DNA of 52,157 nt, from assembly GCF_004010195.1 (NCBI RefSeq), contig NC_057718.1, positions 56,180,603 to 56,232,759 on the forward strand, read 5' to 3'. This DNA comes from Chiloscyllium plagiosum. Taxonomy: Eukaryota. Positions within the stretch are counted from its first letter, which is position 1; the number at the start of each line of letters is the position of its first letter. The notes beneath the pieces were generated by a model. It was not told the DNA's origin. It saw only the letters and a list, made by a program, of their open reading frames with translations, and did not search any database. The translations under genes were made by a program, and so were the position numbers. Positions 33,217 through 46,330 of this stretch are shown piece after piece.

Positions 33217-34518
33217 AGAGTTCTTTTCAAATTTAGCTTCCAAGTTCCTGGTTTTCTTTAGATCAGAATATTATGTGAAACAATGGAAGGAAAATGAGAC
33301 TCGAAGTAGGTAGCATTGATGCTCATGCTCCAATCCTCCATAGGCTTCATACAGGGCAGCTTAATATTTATAAATTAGAGGGGGAAGTGAGGTGATGACT
33401 ACATCACCAAATGATGTCAGTAGTTGTGCTGGTGTCAAGTTTAAAAACTTGTCAGTAACAGGATTCGGTCAAGGGCCTCCTCTAGAGCTGCATTAATCAT
33501 TCTCTGCAGCCAGAAGAGCAAGCCTGTCCATGGGGGAAGGCTAAAAGGACAGTAAAACAGGCATAGTGAAGCCCTACAGGGAAGATGTTAATTGACATAG
33601 CAATGACTTTCTTTACTTTAAAGCATGAGTGACACACATCAATTCCCATAGAGGCCAACAAATTAATAAGTGTAGGAGTGTCTCTACTAGAGGGAAAGCT
33701 CATCACATTGGTGGCTGTTGGATGAGGTTGCTGCATCTCCCATGAAAGCAGTGAATTTATTTCAGTTAAGGGGTATGAGTCTGGCAATGGTAATACATAC
33801 AAAATTGCTCCAAAGTGGCCACGTGCATGCTAATGACTACAAAACCTAGATTTCTGATTTATACCATAATACTCCGTTGTTGTCTCTAATGTGCTGCTCT
33901 ATTGCTCAAATTTTAACTTAACCTTGATCAGCTCGTAACTGTTGTCCCTTTGCTGCTGATTCCTGCTATGCCTCTGGAGTGGTCTACCATTTCTTATTAA
34001 AGTTTTAGCTTCAACTACAATTTAGTTACTGAATAGACCTTGACTTTCTTGAGCTGAAGACATTCTGTTGGGTACTTGTTTCCAATTATAGAATAACCAG
34101 GCACAGGAACTACACAATGTTTTCTTTAAGTCTTTATTGCAGAAATATGACAGTCATCTGGATGATACAAGATAACTGCAAAGATGTGACAAATTCATAG
34201 GTGGTATAATGCAGCTGCTCCTGCCCAATCACAGCTCACTTTCTTATACCTTGTGTTTTCTGTGGCTTGGCTGGAGCTATATTTGTTCATTTCTACAGTA
34301 ATAGTGCTTGAAACTGATCTCTGTGGTTAACAGCAATTGTTCAGTGAAGTAGCCCCTTGCTGTTCACGTAAGTGCTCCAACCATATTTGCTAAGAACTCA
34401 TCCTTAATCTCATCAAGTCTCGCTATGTTTTCCCTGATCTGATTACTCCAATTTAACCCTTTCTTGTTTTACGGGTTTCCACTGAATCCCACACTCTGCT
34501 GCACAACTTCTGGACCGT

Positions 34519-34830
34519 GGGCGGCATGGTGGCACAGTGCCACCGCACTGCTGCCTCACAGCGCCAGAGACCTGGGTTCAATTCCCGCCTCAGGCGACTC
34601 TCTGTATGGAGTTTGCACATTCTCCCCGTGTCTGCGTGGGTTTCCTCCGGGTGCTCCGGTTTCCTCCCACAATCCAAAAATGTGCAGGTTAGGTGAATTG
34701 GCCATTCTAAATTGCCCGTAGTGTTAGGTGTAGGGGAATGGGTCTGGGTGGGTTGCGCTTCGGCGGGTCGGTGTGGACTTGTTGGGCCGAAGGGCCTGTT
34801 TCCACACTGTAAGTAATCTAATCTAATCTA
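34519..34830 (+). mobile_element. HE1-like V-SINE
   Basis: tRNA head, V-domain and (TAATC)n tail. Confidence 0.92.
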
Positions 34831-34950
34831 AAAATAGTAGCTTCAACATTTCAAACAGCTTTCCAACTACATTAATCTCTGTGCCTGTCTCCAAATTTGG
34901 AGAACAGTTCATTAATACTTGTTGCAAATTTAACACTACGTTCATCAACT

Positions 34951-35060
34951 TTAAAAATCACACAACACCAGGTTATAGTCCAACAGGTTTACTTTTGGGA
35001 GCGCTGCTCCTTCATCAGGTGGTTTGTACACCACAGTCCAACACCTGCACCTCCAAATCA
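34951..35060 (-). mobile_element. Deleted copy of the short Penelope-like element
   Basis: TTAAAAATCACACAACACCAGGTTATAGTCCAACAGG, as at 89. The minus-strand hammerhead CACCTGATGAAGGAGCAGCGCTCC-CAAA has lost its GAAA. Confidence 0.8.
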
Positions 35061-36629
35061 TACATCAACTTTATTCCACTAGGTGAGATTGCTGACTTTA
35101 ACTCTATACATATACATGTATACATCCTAATATTTGTTACATAATTAAGGCTTGCATTTTCCCTTTTCATTTGTGCATGGATCTGAGTCTATAAATTCAA
35201 CATCCACAATTTTCCGCCCTATTTTTTGCTTTTTTTTCAAACCTTCTAGCCCCCTCTCTCCTGTTATCATGCGTTCTTCCATTTCCCTCCTCTCAGGTAT
35301 TTTCCAAATTCCTACCTCCAATATTCTTCTCCATCATACTTCCCTGCTGCTGGTCTAGACTCCTCCTTAGTCAAGGCTACAGCTTCCTAATTTGTCTCTC
35401 TTTGGAATTTTCAAGGCACAAGGTTCTCCCTCCTTACTCGTTGCAATCATAATTGTCAACCTCCTCCTTAGCCCACTCACACCTGCCAGTGCTGACCCTG
35501 TGGATATGTCCAGTGGATTAGCTATCACCATTCCTCCCGAATGTTGCAATTTCATAGAGTCATAGCAGCAAAGATGGGAGAGCAATTAACACATCAGGTT
35601 CATGCTACTTCTCAGGAGATTAATCATGTAATCCCATTCTGCCATTTCTGTCCCCGCGAAAAAGGCAATTGCTTGATCTATGCCAATCCATCTAACGAGA
35701 GCCAGGAAATCATCTGAAATAGAATTTCTTCCCACTCTCACATCATTACTTTTGTATCCCCAAGAATCAAACTTTAACCTCCTCCTATTTCTTATCTATA
35801 TATGAACCTTCAGCTGAAAACATCATATGACCTACGACATGTTTGCTGATGACACACTGCTCCACTTCACCAACACTCTTCTTGTCTCTAAATGCTCAGA
35901 CTCCTGTCCAACATCCAGAATTAGATAAGCAAACACTTGCTCCAAATAAATTTTGGGAAGATCAAAGCCAATGTCTTTGTTCCATCACAATCTTCATTTC
36001 TGAACCATTAACTAAATCCCATTCCCTAGCAATTGTCGGAGGTTCACCAGACTGTTCACATCTTTGGTGCTACATTTGATCCCAAAATCCCAACTCTTAC
36101 CAGATATCCATATTGTCACCAAGACAGCCTGTTTCAAGTTCCATAATGTCACCTGACTCCAATGTGTCTCAGTTACAATGCTGCTGAAATCTTCACTCAT
36201 GTCTGTGTTACCTCTAGACTTGAGCACTCAACAGCATTCCTGGCAGGCTTCCCACATTCTACCTTTCATAGTTTGAAATCATCCCTTATGCCAACTGTCA
36301 CTAAATCCAGTTCAACAACAATGCTTTTCTTCACTAGATCTACATTAGCTCCCAGTCATGTAAAGCTTTAATTTTAACATTCTCATCCTTGTTTCACAAA
36401 TCACCAAGGCTTCATTGCTCCTCATTGCTGTGATTTCCTCCACTACAATTCCCTGCACTTCTCCAATTCTGGACACTTCAGCAATTCCTAATTTTCAATA
36501 AATAAAAGCAGAAATCACTGGAGAAACTCTGCAGATCTGACAGCAGTGGAGAGAGAAACATTGTTAATGTTTCAAGTCCAATAAGACTCTTCTTTGGAAT
36601 TGTCAATCCCAATTTTATTGGCAGCATAA

Positions 36630-37850
36630 TTTGAGGAAGTAAGAAAGAGGATTGATGAGGGCAGAGTGGTAGATGTGATCTATATGGACTTCAGTAAGGC
36701 GTTCAGCAAGGTTCCCCATGGGAGACTGATTAACAAGGTTAGATCTCACGGAATACAGGGAGAACTAGCCATTTGGATTCAGAGCTAGCTCGAAGGTAGA
36801 AGACAGAGGGTGGTGGTGGAGGGTTGTTTTTCAGACTGGAGGCCTGTGACCAGCGGAGTGCCACAGGGATCCTCTACTTTTTGTCATTTACAGAAATGAC
36901 TTGGATATGAGCATAAAAGGTACAGTTAGTAACTTTGCAGATGACATCAAAATTGGAGGTGTAGTGGACAGTGGATGGGTTACCTCAGATTACAACAGGA
37001 TCTTGACCAGATGGGCCAATGAGCTGAGAAGTGGCAGATGGAGTTTAATTCAGATAAATGCGAGGTGCTGCATTTTGGGAAAGCAAATCTTAGCAGGACT
37101 TATACACTTAATGATGAGGTCCTAGGAAGTGTTGCTGAACAAAGAGACCTTGGAGTGCAGATTCATAGCTCCTTGAAAGTGGAGTCGCAGGTAGATAGGA
37201 TAGTGAAGAAGGTGTTTGGTATGCTTTCCTTTATTGGTCAGAGTATTGTGTACAGGAGTTGGGAGGTCATGTTACAGCTGTACAGGACATTGGTTAGGCC
37301 ACTGTTGGAATATTGCGTGCAATTCTAGTCTCCTTCCTATCAGAAAGAGGGTGTGAAACTTGAAAGGGTTCTGAAAAGATTTACAAGGATGTTGCCAGGG
37401 TTGGAGGATTTGAGCTATAGGGAGAGGCTGAACAGACTGAGGCTGTTTTCCCTGGAGCGTCGGAGGCTGAGGGGTGACCTTATAGAGGCTTATAAAATTA
37501 TGAGGCGCCTGACTGGGGTAAATAGGCAAAGTCTTTTCCCTGGGGTCGGGGAGTCCAGAACTAGAGGGCATAGGTTTAGGGTGAGAGGGGAAAGATATAA
37601 AAGAGACCTACAGGGCAACATTTTCACACAGAGGGTGGTATGTGTGTGGAATGAGCTGCCAGAGGAAGTGGTGGAGCTGGTACAATTGCAACATTCAAGA
37701 GGCATTTGGATGGGTATGTGAATAGGGAAGGTTTGGAGGGATATGGGTCGGGTGCTGGCAGGTGGGACTAGATTGGGTTGGGATATCTGGTCGGCATGGA
37801 TGGGTTGGACCGAAGGGTCTGCTTCCATGCTGTACATCTCTATGACTCTA
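36630..37850 (+). mobile_element. Relatively young CR1/HER1-like LINE (RT to 3' end), frameshifted
   Basis: VDVIYMDFSKAFSKVPH, GVPQG, NFADDIKIGG, MEFNSDKCEVLHFG, LEYCVQF, TRGH..WNELPEE, and a CTATGACTCTA tail. Confidence 0.95.
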
Positions 37851-37854
37851 ATTG

Positions 37855-37950
37855 TCACGATACTAAGATCTGGAATTCACTTCCTCAACCTCTCTGCATT
37901 TTTCACGATACTAAGATCTGGAATTCACTTCCTCAACCTCTCTGCATTTT
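37855..37950 (+). repeat. Perfect 48-bp tandem duplication
   Basis: TCACGATACTAAGATCTGGAATTCACTTCCTCAACCTCTCTGCATTTT at 37855-37902 and 37903-37950. Confidence 0.95.
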
Positions 37951-38511
37951 ACTTGCGTTTGCTCCTTTGAAGACACTCCTAAAGACCATCCTGTTTGTAC
38001 AAGTTTTTGGTTATTTGCTCTATATTTCCTTACATGACTAAGTTTCAAATTTTGTTTCATAAAATGCCTTAAAAATGTAATATGTTCATATAAGTCATAT
38101 CATTGTTATGTACCTCATCATACATCCTCCTTACCACAGTGAATAAGAAAGTGTAAGAAGGTTAATAGTTAAAGGAGACATTGTTCCAACCAAGTAAAGC
38201 CACAAATTCATACAATGGCCTGTTTTCAAATGAGACAACTGCCTCTGTAATTGGGCATTGATTCTCTTGTTGGTTAGGTGTCGCTTTGGCATTGTAGCAT
38301 ATGGAATCTATGACAACAATTTCCCGAAGAACGTGCAATTTCACCTGACTACTGTAAGAAGATTGCAAGGTAATTTACTTACTGCTGTTGGTGGTGGCAG
38401 TCAGTAATTAGTAGAACAGCCTTTTTGCTTCTTTACTTTGCCTCATGTGCGATTGCCAATGATCCATCTTAAGAAAAGACAGTCTTTCCCACAACCCATA
38501 TTGTACATAGT

Positions 38512-38600
38512 TAAAAATCACACAACTCCAGGTTATAGTCCAACAGGTTTATTTGGAAGTACAAGCTTTCGGAGCGCTGCTCCTTCGTCAGCTAGCTAGT
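38512..38600 (-). mobile_element. Short Penelope-like terminal fragment with a near-intact hammerhead core
   Basis: Minus strand 38559-38594: TAG-CTGACGA-A-GGAGC-AGC-GCTCC-GAAA-GCTT-GTA. The core and stem II are intact and stem I has one mismatch. Confidence 0.75.
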
Positions 38601-39351
38601 TGCAGGCTTGGTTTAGTTCACATTCCTCAGATTAACGCAACTACTGTAAGCCCCCGCAAACAGCAACCTTTAAAAACCTGATTTTGCACCTATCAACAAA
38701 CTGCAGCACAGAGGCTGTCTCCCATTGCAAATTTTCTAACTGAGTGGAGAATATGGAAAAGAAAAAGCGAGGCTATCTTTAAAATTTTGGTAGATTTGGC
38801 ACCTTCTGTTACAGAAAGCTATATCCATGCCAAAGGCAAATGTGCTGTTATTAATGCTGCTAAAGTATACTAGCCCAGATTTCCAGTGATACAGAATCCA
38901 TTACAATTCAACTCAATAATCCTATGATGATAATTGATTGTTACAAAAATATTAATAATTTTATTAGGTCAAGAGGAACCTAGCAACCTTTCAAATCACA
39001 TATACTAAGTAATTCTGCCATTTAGAAACACCTCTCTCTGCTTGGGCTAATATGCTCCAAGAATTTATTATCAACAACTGTGGTTAGCACAGGACAGACA
39101 ACACTTTCAGCCATCACCTGAAAGAAGTCCTTCATTTGAAAACTTATATAATTGTTTGGTTTATGCACCTCTGTCAAACATATTATAGGAATTATAGAGG
39201 GCATGTATGAGTTGCAGTTCATCATGATAATTTGCTTCATTTACTCGTACTTCTATTGGGCTCACATACAATACCTGTTAGTAAATTGTGAATGTTCTCA
39301 TATTGGTCCTTCTTTAGAAAATAACTTATGAGTTCGCTTTCTCTGCAATCA

Positions 39352-40308
39352 TTTTTTAAGAGGTATTTTTATTGAAAAATAGATTTTTTAATATTACAAC
39401 AATAACAAAACAATGCAATTCAAAACAATACAAAGAAAGAACAAAATAAATGTAAAAAAACCCAATCACCCTCATGTACAAATGTATAAACATGTTTAAA
39501 ATACAAAAATCCCCAACTAACTACTTAACTAAATAAATAATAACTAACAACAAACTAATAAATAATAATAATACGACTCAGCCAAACAAAACACTAACTC
39601 TCGAATATCGAGAGCATTAATTTTCACCTATTCATACATTTGCAGTTCCCCACTCTCTGGATATTGGACTCATAAAGCACAATTGTTACGGCTACATAAA
39701 AGCCCTTATTAGCGTGGCAGACAAATCTGTGTTGAGGTTTCCAAAAAGGGCTGCCATGTTTATAGAAATTCTCCGTTTTGTGGTGTACCATACTTGTGAG
39801 AAAATCCAAGGGGATATGCTCCATAACAATCTTCCGCCAACCCAACAGGCCCTGGGGAATTTCAGATATCCAACCTAACAAGACATTCTTTCTCATGCAG
39901 AAAGTGAGGATGTTGAAAAGTTTTTTCTTATGCGCATCTACAGGGAACACACTTGGCAGGACAAGAAGAAGAAAGATCGGGTTCTGCTCGACCCTTACAC
40001 TCAAAATTCCCTCCATTGCACATCCACAGTGCTCCAGTATGCTGAAGCCTACCGCAGGACCAGAGACAATGGGTAAGAGTGCCCATACCAACTTTACACT
40101 TGGGACAGATTGAAGATACTCCTATTTTAAATTTTGTCAAATGATCCAGAGCGAAATGGACCCTGTGGAGAATCTTCAACTATTAACCATGGGTAGTATT
40201 GCAAATTTATATCTTTCTTGCATTTTCCCAAATATCTACCCATGCCTCTGCAGAGACCTCAACACCTAGCTCTCTCTCCTACACCCTGCAGAGTTGATTG
40301 AACTCTGC
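39352..40308 (-). mobile_element. L1/Tx1-clade LINE 3' end
   Basis: Minus ORF 39928-40179 KILHRVH..SICPKCKVGMGTLTHCLWSC is the C-terminal CCHC (zf-RVT-like) motif. T-rich 3'UTR, AATAAA and A tail at ~39352-39375 on the minus strand. Confidence 0.85.
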
Positions 40309-41271
40309 AATCATTTTAACTAATTGTTGTTTGTTATCCCTTTAGATGGACCAGACAAGAAAGAGACAGAAGGTCACCTCCAGAAACATTAACATTTCAC
40401 TGTAAATATTATTGGTCACTCATTCCTCTAAGCAGCAGTCAAAAACATAGAAGCACTAAATTTGAGAAGACCATCTCTTTACCCACCAAGCAATTTGGGC
40501 TGAGAAACAAATAATTATTTCTTTCAGCATTACAAGTTTCATCGTTGCAATTTGGAATAATTACTCATTGATTAGTTGTCACACAGAATAGCAGAGAACC
40601 ACTATATAACCAATATTTATTGAAGTCATATGAAAGGAGCCCCCAGATAAATTAAGTCACATAAACTGAAGTTGTCAATGGTATGTTCAATTATATTGCG
40701 CTACTTTTGTAAGTATATTAGGATTGTAGAGGGTGTCTTCAACTAGATATTGCAAGTGTATCTCTGTCTCCCTTAATATCTCTATTGCTTTACATTCTTG
40801 GAGGAGTGGAATAGTGGATGAGTGAATGAATGAATGTTTTAGAACAAAAGCATCTTGGAAGCAGCCGGCACAGATATCCAGGATCCTTCTGCAGTGATCA
40901 CACCTGTGTATTTTGATGGAATCATGGCCTTTTTGTGGAGAAAAGTTCCCAACTCAGTCTCTGGTTTCCAAATAAGCATGTGCATTCAAATAATGATGTT
41001 GAATGCACAAGAGAAGCTGGCAAAGTTGCAAAATTTTAGAAATTTCTCAATTTAGTTGATACTATCCATTGTGAAGGCAATTTCCTGAACTGACTACTGA
41101 ACTGTCTAGCTCTAGTTAAAAAGGAATTGGTGTGTTGCTTAATGTATCCTGAAACCTGGGACCTGTGGATGGAGTCTTCTGTAACTGATGGAGTGTGGAG
41201 CAAAAAGGTTCAGATAGTTGTGACTTTCACAATCACAAACTTGCTTCCTTGGATCAGGAGGCAGTTGGGCC

Positions 41272-41664
41272 TTTTTTCTTGTTCCTTCATGGGATGTGTG
41301 TGTTGATGCTAAAGCTAGCATTTGCTGTCCATCCTAATTGCCATGGATCTGAGTTGGTTGCTGGCCATTTCAGAGGACAGTTCTGACTCAACCACATTAC
41401 AGAGGGCCTGAAGTCATGTGTTGACCGTAACAAGTAAGATTTCCATCTCTAAAGGACATTGGTGAATGAAATGGATTTTTACAACAATAAACAATAATTA
41501 TAGTCATTATTACTAAGATTGGCATTTTATTTTTTTCATTGATTGAATTCAAATTCCACTAGCTGCTATAATGTGACTTAAATTCAAATCTCCAGAGAAT
41601 TGGTCATGGATTCTAGATTACTAGTTCAGTGGCATTAGCATGGCACAATCATAATCCTCCCTCC
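41272..41664 (-). mobile_element. Degenerate SINE family B
   Basis: AGCATTTGCTGTCCATCCTAATTGCC..AACCACATT..AAGGACATTGGTGAA..TTGAATTCAAATTCCAC matches the reverse complement of family B. Confidence 0.75.
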
Positions 41665-42428
41665 ATGCGGCACTGTTTTTCTTGTGAAGCACAATCTCTT
41701 GAAAACTCTGCAATTGAGACATCTGGGGAAATTACTTTTGACATTTGGATCCTTTGGGCTGAGTATGGCAGCATCCCCCCCTCCACTGCCAACTCCTGCT
41801 GTGCCCTAATAAGTAGGTCAGCATTGCTGTTCTTCCTTCAATGGTTTATGTAAATATCACTAATGTCAAAGTGAAAGAGATTATCCAAGATGAATAAGGC
41901 ATATAACTCAAAAACAATTTCAGCATCCTGAAATCCAAGAAAAACAGAAAAATCCTCATTTTTAAAATTAAAAGAGCAGTAGTCTTTTAGATTATGCTCA
42001 TTTTGTATCAATTCATTTCTGAGGAAATTTTCTGAAGAATTACTGAATGGGCTGCCTGATGATCTTTTTTTAAGTTTCAAAAATGGTGCGCAATCTGGAT
42101 GAGGTGATAATGTCCATAAAATACCTTAAAGTATGTAAACACCTCTGGGACTTTGTACATTCTCCATAATATAAGGACTTGAGTCGACACAGTTCACCTT
42201 TAGACATCTCAAAGATTTGTGCTTAGCAGCTCTGCTTCCTCAAAGAAAAGTAACTTGATCTGACAAACATGTTACTTGGTGACCAGCAAACAGCATCCTC
42301 AATCATACGAGAGTTTCTTGCAACTGTGAACATGGTAACAGCCTTAACATTTTACAACCAAGTCCTCCAGGGAATTACAAGGGACACCAATGAAATCAGC
42401 TAGCCTACATGCATGAAATAGCAAGCAA

Positions 42429-42732
42429 ATCATAGAATCCCTACAGTGTGGAAACACTGGCCCAACAAGTCCACATTGACCCTCCGACTAATCCACCCAG
42501 ACTCATTCACCTTCCCATACATTTCTCCTGACTAATGCACCAAACCTACACATCCCTGAACACTATGGGAATTGAGCACAGCCAATTCACCTAATCAGCA
42601 CAACTTTGGACTGTGGGAGGAAACCAGAGAACCCAGAGGAAACCAACACAGACAGCTGTCCGAGACTAGAATCGAACTGGGTTCCTGACACTGTGAGACA
42701 GCAGTGCTAACCACTGAGCCACCATGCCACCC
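42429..42732 (-). mobile_element. HE1-like V-SINE with an internal deletion
   Basis: GAATCCCTACAGTGTGGAAAC tail, GGACTGTGGGAGGAAACC, and CAGCAGTGCTAACCACTGAGCCACCATGCCACCC head. Confidence 0.88.
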
Positions 42733-43659
42733 AATTAGTCAACATATTTGACAGGAGCAGTACTTAGTAGAATAATTGCAGTGAAACAACTTCAGCTGTA
42801 GGTGAGAGTTTAGAACATTTTCAAATGATAGTTGATCAATACATTAGTATTATAATTGTAAATAGCACACACGAGATTCCTAGTTGACTTACCAGCAGGT
42901 GATTCCTCATGGTAGTAGTTTGCTAAAACAACATAAGTCATTCTTTTAGTGGGTGCACTGGAGGTGAATGATTAGTGCAGGCAAGCAATGTTTCTACTGT
43001 ATGTATCGCTTGAGAAGAGCGCTACTCTATAGTTTAAAAAAGGTGAGCAAGATCACCTTTGTATGCTTTATGGTTCACAATTTGGCAATCGCCAGAAAAG
43101 TGGGCTGAGAAATCTGAAGCCTTCTAGGAAGAGAAGACAACACAGAGGTGGCTGATGTGCAGATAGGCAGAATGAATTAAAATGCATTGAATTTGAATTA
43201 AAATTAAATTAATTGACAACCACTTTCAGTAACTGATATCTCAGCCACTTCCAGCTTTGTTGTACTATGAAAAGACAAAATGTTTGTATTTCTATAGCAA
43301 CCATAACATTGCAAGGATTTTATAGAATCAAATGAAAAAAAGATTTGACAACAAACCAAAGGGGATATTTAGTGAGCTTATCAAAAGTCTGGGCAAAATG
43401 ATGGGTATTAAGAAGAAGAGTGGGTGGAGAGGCCAATACTTTTAGGAAGCATTCAGTATTGTGGAACTTATCTGTCTATTGCAACAGTTATTGTAATATT
43501 GCTAAGCACGTATTCTTATAAAGGAAAATGGTAAATAGATAATAGTTTGATAAAATAGAGCAAGTACTTCAATATACTTCTAAGCTCTGGCTTCACAATA
43601 TTAACAAAACTGGCAGTAGATATGACAAAGGCACACCTTGCCCAATCAACTCTTTGAAG

Positions 43660-44700
43660 TCCTCCTCATTAATAAGTGAATATGTCAAAATTGATTGATA
43701 TATCCCACAGACAGTCTAAGCAACAGACATTTATCTCACATAAATATATCTTTCACACAATGTGATGTTATTAAATCTGGGTACCCAACTTCCACCCAAC
43801 CAGCAGGCCAAACCCGCAAAAGTTATGGCATTGATACTTTTATTTGGAAATAAAGGGGCCAGTGAGTCTTCCACTTGACTCCACACCCCATGAAATTTCA
43901 TGATATCAGGTCTCACACTGGTGAGAATTGTGTTAATTGTGCTAACTACCATCCTCCCTTCACTTACTAAATCTGAACTAATATATGTTGAACAGTCCTT
44001 GGAAGAAGCAGTAAAAATAGCAAGAAGAAAGAATGTCTCTGATATCCATAACTAGGAGTGAATTGATTGGCCAACTTAGCCAAGTCCTAAAGCACATGGT
44101 TGCCAGACTGGGCCTGCGACAGGTGATGAGACAATCAACATAAGAGTAAAACGCATCGTCAGAAGTCTTCTGACATTTATACAATTATCTATTATAGTAT
44201 TGGTGGGAATGACCACTGCACAATGCTCATTGATTCAAGGCATCCAACATCATGTTGGGTGACACTAGCAGAATGGCAAATGGGAAATATTTAGAAAACA
44301 ACTACTAACTCAAAAGTATGCAGTCATGAAGTGTTATGGATCATCAGCAGTGAACTGTAGTCCACCACCAACTGCAAGTTTACAGTCTGTGATAATCTTT
44401 ACACTATCATTGAAGAATGTCAGAGAGAATGCAAGGAACAGCACCAGTCATTTCTATGAATGATGTTTCAACCTTCTGAACAGGATAATAAACATGCTAA
44501 ATATCAGAAGCAACATACTATAGACAAAGCATGACATGGACACATTTAACAACTCAGATCAAAGTGTTGTAGTCCTGCACATTCAGTTGTGGTGGATAAT
44601 TAAAATCAATAATGCAAACAAGGAGTCTCAATTAACAGAATTATTCTCATGATGACAGTGACCAGCACCTGAGTACAATGGGTAATGATATGGGAGAAGC
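43660..44700 (+). mobile_element. Decayed CR1/L2-group LINE endonuclease region
   Basis: GACTGGGCCTGCGACAGGTGATGAGACAATCAACATAAG (GLRQVM..PTR-like), GACCACTGCACA (SDH motif), and GGATCATCAGCAG; the same family as 22270-22640. Confidence 0.5.
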
Positions 44701-44704
44701 TGAT

Positions 44705-45475
44705 CAAGCCTTAAAATTGTTGAAATTGATGTTGAGCCCAGAAGGCTGCAGTGTTCCCAAGTGGAAAATGAGATACTGTTCTTCCATCTTGCACTGAGTT
44801 TTGCTGGAACACTACAGCAAGACTGAAATAGAAATGTTGGGCAGGGGACACAGTGGTCTATTGAAGTGGAGGGCAATCAGAAGATCAGGGTCTTTTTGCG
44901 GATAGATGTAGGTGTTCTGTGAAGTGGTCACCCAGTCTGCATTTCATTTCCCCAGTGTAGAGGAGACCGCTTTATGAACAGCAAATACAGTAGATGAGAT
45001 TAAGTGAAGTGCTGGTAAAGTGCTGCTTCAGCTGGAAGATGTGTCTGAGATCTTGGATAGTGAAGAGGCAAATCCAGGAGAAGGTGCTGCAGAGCTATGT
45101 GGGGGGATGTTGGAAGTGAAGGAGGAGTGGATCAGGGTGTTGTGAAGGGAAAAGTCCCTGCAGAAGTCTGACAAGGGAGGGGAAGGGAATATGTCTGGTG
45201 ATGACATCCTACTGGAGGGGGCAGAAATCGCAATTAATGATCCTTTGGATGTGGATGCTGGTGGGATGGTAGGTGAGGACAAGGGGTCCCTATCACTGAT
45301 GTGGGAAGGAAGACAGGAGATGAGGAAAAAGTGCAGTAGATGGGTCAGACACGGCTGAAGGTCTGTCAACCATAGCACTAGGGAATCCTCAGTTGAGGAA
45401 GGAGGTGGGCATTTCCAAGGCCCCCTTGTCGAAGTTGGCATCATTGGAACAGATTCAACAGACATGCAGCCCCAT
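44705..45475 (-). mobile_element. Penelope-like fragment (RT C-terminal linker and GIY-YIG), decayed
   Basis: The minus strand reads TSLNLIYCICCS*SGLLYTGEMK (~44945-45010). ORF 45028-45549 (-) contains IFPSPPLSDFCRDFSLHNTLIHSS, typical of the Penelope linker. Confidence 0.75.
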
Positions 45476-45649
45476 GTGCCTTCCCCTGCAATTGCACAAA
45501 GTGTATCTTGTAAAAGAAAAAATGATGAGAAAAAAACAATAAAAATCATGACTTTTCGTCAATGGTCTTTAAACAAAGGATTGAATTTGATGAATTCTCA
45601 CAAGTCATTGGGTGCCCTGTTGATGAAGTTTAATCACTGACAAATGGAA

Positions 45650-46330
45650 GATCTTCCCAACAAGTGTAACTAACACTTCACTCAATCTACTCTGCTATAT
45701 TCATGCTCATACTGTGGTCTCCTCTACATTGGGGAGGTGAAACACTGACCGGATCACTGCTTTGCACTTACATTTTGTTCACAGAAATAACCTTGAGGGT
45801 CCAGTTGCCTGCTGCTTTAACACACTATCGTGTTCCCTGGCCAAAGTCTATCTCAGGCTTGCTGCAGTGCTCCAGCAAAGCTCAGTGCAAGCTGAAAGAA
45901 CAGTACCTCATTTTTTGCTTGGAAACTCTGCAGCCTCCTGATCTAATGTCAAGTTCAACAATTTAGGGTTGGAGCACCATCTCCCATGTCCTTTACCTAA
46001 CACCCATACAACAGGCCTTGTTATCACATGGGCTGCTACTACATATTGTTTAGTACTATTAGTTCCCATTAGTAGCTATTGATACCCTGGACTGACCCTT
46101 ACTCATTCTTTTATCTGCCCAACTGTGTTTCTCTCTCTTTGGGCTCTATCACCACCTATCATTGACTCTTCACCCTCTCCCCAACCTATCTTCTGTATAA
46201 ATCTTCTGCCAACATTTTCCTGGCTACCATCAGTTCTGAAGAAGAGTCACTGGACCTGAAGAGTTAACTCTGCTTTGTCTCCACAGATGCTGTCAGACCT
46301 GCTAGGCTTTTCCAGCAATTTTTGTGCTTG
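45650..46330 (+). mobile_element. Penelope-like 3' end (GIY-YIG and terminal repeat with a decayed hammerhead)
   Basis: CGLLYIGEVK (~45712-45742), KLKEQYLIFCLETLQP, and the hammerhead-like AGTT-CTGAAGA-AGAGTC-ACTG-GACCT-GAAG-AGTT-AACT at 46232-46269. Confidence 0.75.

Larger units (their letters stand above)
35640..38070 (+). mobile_element. Decayed L2 LINE 3' region hosting nested Penelope-like (36500-36601) and CR1 (36630-37850) inserts
   Basis: ORF 36162-36371 AAEIFTHVCVTSRLEHSTAFLAGFP matches the L2 pattern 'AE.LIHAFVTSRLDY.NALL.GLP'. The L2 3' text (CTGGAATTCACTTCCT..GAAGACACTCCTAAAGACC) resumes at 37855. Confidence 0.65.

Noticed and set aside
40346..40372. 27-nt micro-exon candidate (DGPDKKETE)
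   Set aside because: The acceptor is plausible, but the donor GTCACC is weak and the site directly borders an L1/Tx1 fragment. It cannot be supported without transcripts.
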